IMG/VR virus record: IMGVR_UViG_3300031992_004571
Length of the DNA: 64,000 bases
Source: a virus
Direction: 5' to 3' (one strand)
Positions 1 through 8,408 of this stretch are shown here, one piece after another; within the stretch, counting starts at the first letter, position 1, and each line of letters opens with the position of its first letter. The translations under genes were made by a program, and so were the position numbers. The notes below the pieces were generated by a model. That model was not told the origin of the DNA and did no database searches. It saw only the letters and a list, made by a program, of their open reading frames with translations.

Positions 1-630
1 TACAGGCTCCAAGTCTATCTCCTGTACGTTGGTGGCTTTCTGCTGTTTCTTATCGCACAGCTTAAAACGGATCTCATCAATGTCAAACTGAAGGTTTGTC
101 TTGTTCTGAACACTGAAATCAATGAAGAAATACTCACCAACAGTATAGACATTGTTCAAACGCATCTGCATATGATGCTTATTGGTCTTGATATTACGGT
201 ACTTAGCCGGACTGTTCCAAATCCTACGGGCATAACGCACCATTTCCTCTGTGCTCATGCTGACAGCAGGGTTATGGAAAGCGTTACGCTCATTGAGTTG
301 CACTTCCTTATCAGATACGGCTTCCTCCAGTCGCGTAGTGTAGATAAGAGCATACTGAGAGCGATAACGCTCGGTAACTACGGTAACGATAGCCAGAACA
401 GCACCATCCTCATGACCGCCCTCCTTGGGCTTTAAACGAATAGTGTTCTCAATAGGCTTGTCGCCGACAACCTTGTCGGTGGAGATGTCTACCAGACGGA
501 TAGGCTCTGAGGCAGTGATGACAGTAGTCACATTTTCGTTCACTGTAAGCTGTTCCATCTCATTGTACGTCTGCTGACCCATCATCTGGACAGCCGACAA
601 GGCGCAGAACAATAAAGCGCCCATTCTCAT
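1..630 (-). CDS. traN: Conjugative transposon protein TraN, N-terminal ~210 aa (gene continues beyond window start)
   Basis: Minus-strand ATG at 628-630 opens a frame with no stop down to position 1. N-terminus MRMGALLFCALSAVQMMG looks like a signal peptide. Sits immediately downstream of traM as in CTnDOT-type operons. Absent from the ORF track because it is truncated. Confidence 0.6.
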   Translation of the reverse strand, partial: MRMGALLFCALSAVQMMGQQTYNEMEQLTVNENVTTVITASEPIRLVDISTDKVVGDKPIENTIRLKPKEGGHEDGAVLAIVTVVTERYRSQYALIYTTRLEEAVSDKEVQLNERNAFHNPAVSMSTEEMVRYARRIWNSPAKYRNIKTNKHHMQMRLNNVYTVGEYFFIDFSVQNKTNLQFDIDEIRFKLCDKKQQKATNVQEIDLEPV

Positions 631-723
631 GTTAATCTTGCTTTTCATATCACGAAATATTAATATTTTTCTATTACCATATTATCGTATTACAATATTA
701 CAAATAATATTTTCATACTCAAA

Positions 724-1962
724 CTAACGCTTTTTCTCCTTCTTAGAATTCACAAGGTACACCTGTGTACCATACTTGATACGTACCTTATTCTTCTTAA
801 TGGCCTTGCTAATGGCATTAGAAGTACGCTGGTAGGCATTCTGCAAAGCCTGTCCGGCCCACTGGGTCATACTGTTGCCATTGCCCATCGTATTCATATT
901 CATGTTACTCTGCATGGCAGAACTACCGATATCCTTGGCAGTCTCACGGAACGAACTTGCAGGAACATAAAGACCCTCCAGACCATCCGTAGTGTCATAG
1001 ATAGAGAGACCAATCTTTAAGATTTCGTCACCAATAAGAACACTCTCAACCTTACCCTTCACGCGCTGCTGACCGAAACCGCTCATAGTAGCATAAAGGT
1101 AACTACCCTTTGTCAGCAAAGTACCGTTAACCTCAATATCATCCAAGAGACGCAGACGAACACGGCTACCCTCCACAGCCTTCACCTCTTCATCAATGAT
1201 AGCCTTGATGAGATTGCTACTCTTCTCATTCTGAGAAAGGGTATTGAAGTAGTCGGAATCTTCCTTCGACTTCTTAACAACGATATTATTCTCTGCATCA
1301 TCAGAGAGTTCCTTCACGGCATTCTCTTCCATCTTGACAGCCTTATCCTTAGCAGCCTGGGCGGCGGCTTGGGCAGCGGCAGCAATACTATCCTGGGCAT
1401 CGGCAACATCACCGATAGCAGCAGCACCCTTCGCACGGGCATTATTCAGGTCACGCTCCAACTCAGCCATCATACCCTTACGGCGCATCTCTAAGGCTCG
1501 CGCACGCTCTTCCTCACTCATAGGAAGAGAAAACTCATCACTGCTCATAGACTCGCCTTTCTGGGCAGACTGCTTCAAACGCTCCTGCAGACGCTTGATC
1601 TCTTCGGCCTGGGCCTCTTTCTCCTGCAGCAGCTTCAATTCCTCTTCTGAATATTTCGACTCGAAATCTTCCTTTCTCTTGATAGTGGTATCGGCATCTT
1701 CAACGAAGTCCTGGACGGCACTTCTGTCAACGATATCACCGAACACATCACGCACATTTTTACGCTTGCTGCCAATATCCTTGGCAACATTCGCTGTGGG
1801 AAGCTCTGAGTTCAAATACTCCGTAGTCTGCAAGTCCTTGGGTTCCTCGTCCTTGATCTCCACGTTAAAAAGGTCTATGAACAGCCAACCCAACACCAGC
1901 AAACCAACGTATGCTATCGTCGGGATAATATATTTCGGCTGTTTGAAATTAATCTTCTTCAT
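724..1962 (-). CDS. traM: Conjugative transposon protein TraM (N-terminal TM, long coiled-coil, C-terminal domain)
   Basis: 412 aa. TM helix IIPTIAYVGLLVLGWLFIDLF, a central charged coiled-coil (EELKLLQEKEAQAEEIKRLQERLK) and position between traL and traN. Confidence 0.7.
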   Translation of the reverse strand: MKKINFKQPKYIIPTIAYVGLLVLGWLFIDLFNVEIKDEEPKDLQTTEYLNSELPTANVAKDIGSKRKNVRDVFGDIVDRSAVQDFVEDADTTIKRKEDFESKYSEEELKLLQEKEAQAEEIKRLQERLKQSAQKGESMSSDEFSLPMSEEERARALEMRRKGMMAELERDLNNARAKGAAAIGDVADAQDSIAAAAQAAAQAAKDKAVKMEENAVKELSDDAENNIVVKKSKEDSDYFNTLSQNEKSSNLIKAIIDEEVKAVEGSRVRLRLLDDIEVNGTLLTKGSYLYATMSGFGQQRVKGKVESVLIGDEILKIGLSIYDTTDGLEGLYVPASSFRETAKDIGSSAMQSNMNMNTMGNGNSMTQWAGQALQNAYQRTSNAISKAIKKNKVRIKYGTQVYLVNSKKEKKR

Positions 1963-1994
1963 ATCACTATACCTTACTTGATTACTAACATAGT

Positions 1995-2318
1995 TTACTC
2001 ATGAGGGTGCAGACGCTCTTGTAACGCACTATCCACACGCTCCACGGCAACAGCCTTAGAAGGCACTCCCTGGTTATAGACACGCACCAGACGGTAGACA
2101 TTCACGATGAGACACATGAACACAAAGCCAAAAACGATAATGATAAATGCCATCTTATGAGCCTGGCCCCAGGCCTGCAGGTTCCTTGCAAGCCAACTGA
2201 TTCCGCTCTTCTGGGCAAACATACGTCCGGCTTCCACCTCACGCTCATAACGCTCCTTATACTTCGGGTCGTTCTTGTCAGGCATCGGCTCACCGATAAT
2301 CATCTTCTTAAAACTCAT
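1995..2318 (-). CDS. traL: TraL-like small membrane protein
   Basis: 107 aa with a single TM (AFIIIVFGFVFMCLIVNV), located between traK and traM. Confidence 0.45.
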   Translation of the reverse strand: MSFKKMIIGEPMPDKNDPKYKERYEREVEAGRMFAQKSGISWLARNLQAWGQAHKMAFIIIVFGFVFMCLIVNVYRLVRVYNQGVPSKAVAVERVDSALQERLHPHE

Positions 2319-2360
2319 AGTCTATTGCTTTTTTCTGCGAAAACATAAAGGGAATAACAA

Positions 2361-2978
2361 TTAATAGATGGTCTTGTTCTTCTGCTCCAAATCCTTGTTG
2401 AGCAAGGTACGCCAGTTGGTAATCAACAGACCATGAGGATTATTTTCCGTACGAGGGACACGCTTCAGGTTACCGGCGGTGACTAACTGACGCATGAGAA
2501 TATTCGTCCTACGCTCAATGCGCTGACGACCATAATAGGTGAAAGACATCTTTTCCTTATCAAAATCGATACTGTCACAAAAGATGCTGAAAACAGCACT
2601 GGTACCCATGATATTATTATAGAAGCCTTTCTCCTTCAAGGCATTATACTGGGCCACACCAGTCTCATCAACGAGATACATGGCTTTCTCCATCGTATAG
2701 TTGATATACTTATCATCCGGGGCCAACGTGAAAAACAGATGATGAAACAACTCGACATGACTCTTCGCTTCCACATCCAACGTCTCATCCATCGTCGTGC
2801 GCTGCACAAGGATAGGAACAGTACCGTCTAATACGTACACTTTCTTCTGGGCATCATCAACCATGCCTTTGGCGGTAAAGATGCTGCCTAACGAGATAAT
2901 GATACAACCAGCCATGAAAACACAGCTGACGATCATCACCAACTTGATCTTGTTTTCGAGATTCTTAATAACTGCCAT
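2361..2978 (-). CDS. traK: Conjugative transposon protein TraK (VirB8-like position)
   Basis: 205 aa with an N-terminal TM (LVMIVSCVFMAGCIIISL). Size and position match TraK. Confidence 0.65.
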   Translation of the reverse strand: MAVIKNLENKIKLVMIVSCVFMAGCIIISLGSIFTAKGMVDDAQKKVYVLDGTVPILVQRTTMDETLDVEAKSHVELFHHLFFTLAPDDKYINYTMEKAMYLVDETGVAQYNALKEKGFYNNIMGTSAVFSIFCDSIDFDKEKMSFTYYGRQRIERRTNILMRQLVTAGNLKRVPRTENNPHGLLITNWRTLLNKDLEQKNKTIY

Positions 2979-3006
2979 AGTTCTTTATATTTAGAAAATC
3001 AAACAT

Positions 3007-4188
3007 TTACTTCATAATACTCATAGCCTCACGCTTCGCATCACCGGCGATACCCTCACCAAAGTTACGGGTACTGAAAGCTGTATCACCCTCAGGGATA
3101 ATCCATGCGGCCAAATCAGGAACGAGGTTCAGACACTTCAAAGCCACAAGGCTTGCAACCAACAGATATCCAGCAGTCATAAAGGCATTCTGGAGATAGC
3201 CGGAGAAACCACCATCGAGAATACTCTGCAGATTCTCATACTGAATACTCAGCACGATATCAAACAGCAGCAACACATAGAAACCGACGAAGTATAACAT
3301 TGCACCGTAGAAATGTACGGTCATATACCTCGTTATCCATTTCGCCCAAGCGCTTTCCCACTTGGGCAAGATACTGAACGCCCACATCAATGGGCCGAAA
3401 ATTGTCAGCATTCCCAAAAGGATCTGCTGCACGAAGATGGTTCCCCACCAACCTACCCTGAACAGGGCAAGAGCAAGGAACATCACTATCTTATCCAGTC
3501 CTATCATCAGACCGGTATAGGTGCTCTGTAGATAGAACTTACAGGCTTTCTTCTCAGAGTCGGTTAACGTCTGATAACCGACATACTGGGTAATATCGCT
3601 GACACCAGCCTTATTCATACCATCAACGGTAGTCTTAGCAACGGCCATATAATGGTCGATACTATCCTGACGCTGCTTCAACGGCTGATGCAACTCATCA
3701 AACTTCGCCTGCACCTGTGCGGCCTCTATCTCATAGAGGTCATGGGTATAAGAACCTATACAGTTGGGAATATACGCGAGAACACCCAACACGCTGCCAC
3801 CAGTGCCATCATGCGGGTACCAGTAGAACATAACAATGGCAATACCAAGGACGCGCAGAATCTTCAGCACGTCAAACGGCTCACCCTTCACCATCATCTT
3901 ATACGCCATGCCTCCGGCAAGGATCAGGGCAAACAAGGCTCCAAGGGCCATACAGCACTCCAGAATCCACCAAAACGGACCGCTACCGCCAATAAATGTC
4001 GCATCGGTCAAAAACTCATTCGTCTGGAAGATGACATCATCAATCTCTTCATCGAACAGGTCAATGCCGATATTATTCACCAGACTGTCAGCAAGCTCCA
4101 TGCCCCCCTGGGCGTGAATAGACAATGCAGACACCATCATCAACATGATGGTTAACAGCATTCTTGAATGTCTCATCAATCTTTTCAT
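3007..4188 (-). CDS. traJ: Conjugative transposon protein TraJ (polytopic membrane, VirB6-like)
   Basis: 393 aa with a signal peptide plus multiple TM helices. Canonical position after traI. Confidence 0.7.
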   Translation of the reverse strand: MKRLMRHSRMLLTIMLMMVSALSIHAQGGMELADSLVNNIGIDLFDEEIDDVIFQTNEFLTDATFIGGSGPFWWILECCMALGALFALILAGGMAYKMMVKGEPFDVLKILRVLGIAIVMFYWYPHDGTGGSVLGVLAYIPNCIGSYTHDLYEIEAAQVQAKFDELHQPLKQRQDSIDHYMAVAKTTVDGMNKAGVSDITQYVGYQTLTDSEKKACKFYLQSTYTGLMIGLDKIVMFLALALFRVGWWGTIFVQQILLGMLTIFGPLMWAFSILPKWESAWAKWITRYMTVHFYGAMLYFVGFYVLLLFDIVLSIQYENLQSILDGGFSGYLQNAFMTAGYLLVASLVALKCLNLVPDLAAWIIPEGDTAFSTRNFGEGIAGDAKREAMSIMK

Positions 4189-4258
4189 TGTTCTTATTGT
4201 TTAATTGCGAAATAGAAATTCTTATTAGTCTCATTGAAGGCCGAAAATTCACGGCAAC

Positions 4259-5011
4259 TTATTCACTGGTTCCCACGCCGCCGCTACCAGCAGCCATAGC
4301 AACCTTCCAACGGCCATGAGCAGTACGGGCTATCAACCCGAACTGTGTCCTCGGTAAAGGACGGGAATTGTCATTGATACGCTTCACCTCCTTAGCAGAA
4401 CGGAGGTAAGCGATATACTCACATACCTCGGTATTCTGCAAGAGAATATCCTTATAGATAGCGATATACTGCTCCTTGCGCTTACCTTGCGGCATGTAAG
4501 CGTCACGGACAGCCTGCAAACCGCAGTTGATGGCATTATAACGCTCCATCCAGACAATATACTCTCTGGCTGGAGCACCCTCCTTCGTCAAAGACTCTAT
4601 ATTCTTCTTATAGATGGAAAGTTTGGACTCAATCTTGCTCTTCTCAACCTGCCAGGCGACATCAGTAACACCCGGTGTACGGTCTGCAATATTCAAAGCC
4701 TCGACACGCTTTCGCTCATTGAGCGCACTGTCAAGATTCTCAGCGTGACTTTCCTCTGGGGTCAACGCAAGTTTCAACTGACTACGATAGAACTGCTTAT
4801 TAGTCATCATGGCACCATTACGATAACTCTTATGAAAAGCATCGTAATAGAGATCAGGCGTGAAACTACCCGCACCGATCTCGCCAATGGTGAACTGGTT
4901 CATCACACTGGCATCATGGTTATAGGTCACATACTGGGCCTGAACCATCACAGCAGTCATCAAAACGACTGCCATCATCACCATCCTCCGTATGTCTCTT
5001 ATATATATCAT
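4259..5011 (-). CDS. traI: TraI-like secreted protein
   Basis: 250 aa with an N-terminal hydrophobic signal (MVMMAVVLMTAVMVQAQ), located upstream of traJ. The real start is possibly the internal Met near 4984. Confidence 0.45.
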   Translation of the reverse strand: MIYIRDIRRMVMMAVVLMTAVMVQAQYVTYNHDASVMNQFTIGEIGAGSFTPDLYYDAFHKSYRNGAMMTNKQFYRSQLKLALTPEESHAENLDSALNERKRVEALNIADRTPGVTDVAWQVEKSKIESKLSIYKKNIESLTKEGAPAREYIVWMERYNAINCGLQAVRDAYMPQGKRKEQYIAIYKDILLQNTEVCEYIAYLRSAKEVKRINDNSRPLPRTQFGLIARTAHGRWKVAMAAGSGGVGTSE

Positions 5012-5034
5012 AGCCTTTCTATTTATATTTTATA

Positions 5035-5781
5035 TTAATAGTTCACACCCGATGCCTCCAAGGCACCACGCTTCCAACGCTCGAAGGCACTACCGCACAT
5101 CTCACCAATAGTCTTAGCCTGATAGAGAGAACGCTTGAAATAATGCGTCCTCACAGTCACATACTTCCAGATAACATAATAGGTATGATCAATACATCCC
5201 CGGATGTTATCAAGGCCCTCGTTGATATTACCAATCACAGTGAGCAATCCTTCAGTAGTAATATGGCGCAAGCCAGTGGCATACTGCGCCAACTCAATCA
5301 AACTATTCACAAGTTGATGACCATCCTCGCCGACCTGTTCAACACAGCGACGGCAAGCACCGACAATAATAGTGTCAGAAGATAAAATATCCCCCCGAGC
5401 AGTACACTTGGTCATAAAATCCTCAATTAGTGTGGATAACTGGCTGATTTTGTCTGACACATCAGAATAGGTATTCCTGACATTAATAACCATTACACCA
5501 CTGTTATAGATAACATCAATGACATCAAAACACTTCGTGTATTTATCAAGTTTCACGTTCAGCGAGTCATAATCAACACTCGCTTCCTTACTATACTTAT
5601 GCAGCAACTCGTTTGCCTGCTCCAGACCACTACGGGCCAACAGCACGCTACGAACACGCTTATGATCGTCAATCAACGCTTCGACAGACAGAAAATCAAA
5701 ACTCCACTGCGCACGACCCACCATGGGGACGAGCGTCAGCAGTAATACTGCAATCTGAAATATCTTTATAGTCCGTTTCAT
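5035..5781 (-). CDS. Secreted hypothetical protein in the tra operon (TraH position)
   Basis: 248 aa with signal peptide MKRTIKIFQIAVLLLTLVPMVGRAQ. No recognisable motif. Confidence 0.5.
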   Translation of the reverse strand: MKRTIKIFQIAVLLLTLVPMVGRAQWSFDFLSVEALIDDHKRVRSVLLARSGLEQANELLHKYSKEASVDYDSLNVKLDKYTKCFDVIDVIYNSGVMVINVRNTYSDVSDKISQLSTLIEDFMTKCTARGDILSSDTIIVGACRRCVEQVGEDGHQLVNSLIELAQYATGLRHITTEGLLTVIGNINEGLDNIRGCIDHTYYVIWKYVTVRTHYFKRSLYQAKTIGEMCGSAFERWKRGALEASGVNY

Positions 5782-5801
5782 CGTTCTTTTACTCTTTATT
5801 A

Positions 5802-8369
5802 CTAATCTTCATCCATATCGGCCATCACACTGGAGATGTCCTCACCAGAAGCAGCAGCCCTGGCACTACGACGCCAACGCTTGAAACTCTTCCTGCCGAA
5901 ATGTGTGCGGCCAGCACCATTCAACTGAGTAAGGCCCAAGGCACGTTTCAAGTAGTCCAACAGTGACTCACGAGAACGCATAAACTTCTCAATCAATACC
6001 AGTTGGGCGTAGATCTTCGACAATCGGTAATCGACATCACGGGCGACCTTCAGACGATCACAGACCCACAACAGATGAATAGCATCGGGGTCTTCGCCCG
6101 TGTCGGGTGGCGCACTATAGGCATAGTTCGCCTCAATGTCACAATCAGGATGCTCCTGCTGCAACTGATGCAGACGCTCATTGACCTGACGGGCCTTCTC
6201 TCTGTCATCCAAAGTAGGATCCATCTCAATGTAATCAACAATTTCACTGCTGTCAAAGTTCGCTGTCAGCGTCCAATGAACAGCAAGGATGGCACGGTGA
6301 TAACGGCCTATCAGCCAGTTATGACTTTCTGGACGCTCCAAAGTCAAATCAGCACGAAACTCCACCTCACCATGAAGGTTCGGAACATTGGCGTGTCGGA
6401 TATAGGAATAACCGACCCAGCCACCGGCATCAGTCCACGACAAACGATAGGCTGATTCCAACTCGTGCATGACAGCAGGAATACGGTATGTACCATCCCG
6501 TTCATCCGCATAGTCATCAACAATCTCTTGCTTCAAAGCAAGCCACTGATCGAGTTCACGCTGGGCAGTATTCAATTCTGCCTGCAAAGAACTAATCTGA
6601 GATTGGTTTGCCCTATACTGAGCACGTAACTCAGCAGCTTCCTCTACGCTGGCCTCGCTAATAGCGGCCAACAGTTGATTGTTCTCATTCTTCAAACGCT
6701 GAATCTCATTAGTGAGATTCGTCACCTGAGTGGTTAATTCGGAAATTCTCTGGTCTGCCTCAGGCGTTTCCGGCATTTCTGGAAGAGTAGTTTCCATAGC
6801 ATAACGCTTGGAATCTTCATCGAGAGCATGTTCTTGATCACCATTCTCTTTCCAAGAAAAACTTCCCTCACCAAGTTTTGCATTATCATGGCACTCCATG
6901 GTAAAGCTGACAGTGGCACAGCCCTTCATCTTGGCTTCATCGGCAGCATTGTAATAATGTTTCTCATCCTTACCAATATAATAAACCTTACCCTCTTCGT
7001 TGTCATTATATTCCGCAAGTTTTGCATTGAAACGAGCCTGGATTGCCTGCACGGCATCATACTGACTATCGAAAAGTTCCTCATAGACTTCCTCAGACTC
7101 ATTCCACCATCTATAGACATAGATACTATGTGCGTAGGCGAATGCCTTCGTATTACCAGACTTACTACCGTAAATTCTACTCGAAGACAAATAATTATAG
7201 AAACTATAATGATACTTATCACCGTTGTTCGTCAAACTCTCACATTGTGAACGACTCCAGCCTGCATAGTTCTCACTATTCCTTAATGAGTTCTCGTAGT
7301 CAGCAGAGGTGTAATGATAATTAATATCAGAAGTACTGACACGATACCACTGAGGACCATCAATGATGTTCCAGGAGTCCGAAGGTGGCTCATACTGACA
7401 AACGTAATCACCACCTTGATCACGGCTATAGATATACCACCTTTGAGTATAATACTGTCCTTGAAGCTCTTTGATATAGTCGCTGACATAACTGGTGATG
7501 TTATAGCCATCCAACGTAAAGAGGTTGGCAACACCGATACTATCAGTGCTGATAATCTTCTCCATTAGCAAATCCTTGATATTGCCAGGATCAGAAAAGT
7601 CCTCGTACATTTCCTTAAAGTCATCATAAAGCTCCAGTATCTCACCGGGCTTCATGTGGAAAATATCACCAACCTTACTACCGTTGATCCAAGCATCATT
7701 CAATACCGAACCGCCTGCGGATGCAATAGCACCTCCGGCGGTCATCAGACCATCCAGATCTTCCTGAAGGTCTTCCTTGGTGATACCACTACCGAAATCC
7801 GACAATTTATCCCAGAGACTCTTCCAGTCAACCTCACCTAACTTTGTCAAGTCAAAGAGGTCTTTGAGGTTATCATTGATAGCCAAAAAGGCTATATCTT
7901 GAAAGGTCAACTTACCATTGGCGACAACCGTCTCAAAAATCATGCACAACTGCTTTGTCTGCTCACAGACACGGAACAGGTAAGGCCCCCAATACATGGC
8001 TTTCTCGGGGTACTTAATCATCAACGTAGCAACGTCGATAATCTTCGGCATGATACGTGCACTTACCATCGTATAAATACGACGATAATAGAAATTCTCT
8101 TCAGCATTATCGAAAAGACCGGCATTCTGCAGGGCTTTCCTGTCAAGCCACTTTGAGGCAAAGATGCCAGCGGTGGCAACCTCAGCACTGGTATAATGGT
8201 CGAGAATCTTCTGCACACTCTCATCATTCATGGCCTCAGTAGCAGCCTCAGTAGCGTAGGCAGCAGTCATGGCCGCAATAGTCTTGGTATCTATATTGAT
8301 GCTCGCCCATGCTGCATGACACAGCACGGGGAACATCAGACTCAAGATGAAGAAGCCAATCCTACGCAT
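5802..8369 (-). CDS. Large secreted protein (855 aa) with a Tyr/Trp-rich middle, a central coiled-coil and a basic C-terminal tail, embedded between traG and traI
   Basis: Signal peptide MRRIGFFILSLMFPVLCHAAWA. Coiled-coil segment ISELTTQVTNLTNEIQRLKNENNQLL...LQAELNTAQRELDQWL. C-terminus FGRKSFKRWRRSARAAASG...DMDED. Not a canonical Tra protein of this size. Confidence 0.7.
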   Translation of the reverse strand: MRRIGFFILSLMFPVLCHAAWASINIDTKTIAAMTAAYATEAATEAMNDESVQKILDHYTSAEVATAGIFASKWLDRKALQNAGLFDNAEENFYYRRIYTMVSARIMPKIIDVATLMIKYPEKAMYWGPYLFRVCEQTKQLCMIFETVVANGKLTFQDIAFLAINDNLKDLFDLTKLGEVDWKSLWDKLSDFGSGITKEDLQEDLDGLMTAGGAIASAGGSVLNDAWINGSKVGDIFHMKPGEILELYDDFKEMYEDFSDPGNIKDLLMEKIISTDSIGVANLFTLDGYNITSYVSDYIKELQGQYYTQRWYIYSRDQGGDYVCQYEPPSDSWNIIDGPQWYRVSTSDINYHYTSADYENSLRNSENYAGWSRSQCESLTNNGDKYHYSFYNYLSSSRIYGSKSGNTKAFAYAHSIYVYRWWNESEEVYEELFDSQYDAVQAIQARFNAKLAEYNDNEEGKVYYIGKDEKHYYNAADEAKMKGCATVSFTMECHDNAKLGEGSFSWKENGDQEHALDEDSKRYAMETTLPEMPETPEADQRISELTTQVTNLTNEIQRLKNENNQLLAAISEASVEEAAELRAQYRANQSQISSLQAELNTAQRELDQWLALKQEIVDDYADERDGTYRIPAVMHELESAYRLSWTDAGGWVGYSYIRHANVPNLHGEVEFRADLTLERPESHNWLIGRYHRAILAVHWTLTANFDSSEIVDYIEMDPTLDDREKARQVNERLHQLQQEHPDCDIEANYAYSAPPDTGEDPDAIHLLWVCDRLKVARDVDYRLSKIYAQLVLIEKFMRSRESLLDYLKRALGLTQLNGAGRTHFGRKSFKRWRRSARAAASGEDISSVMADMDED

Positions 8370-8408
8370 AGCCTATATATTACTTTATTACTAAATTACA
8401 ATATTTCT

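Noticed and set aside
172-1981. Plus-strand ORFs 172-435 and 1334-1981 antisense to traN/traM
   Set aside because: They lie wholly within well-supported minus-strand tra genes. The second is Ala/Ser low-complexity, which is typical of antisense to coiled-coil coding sequence.
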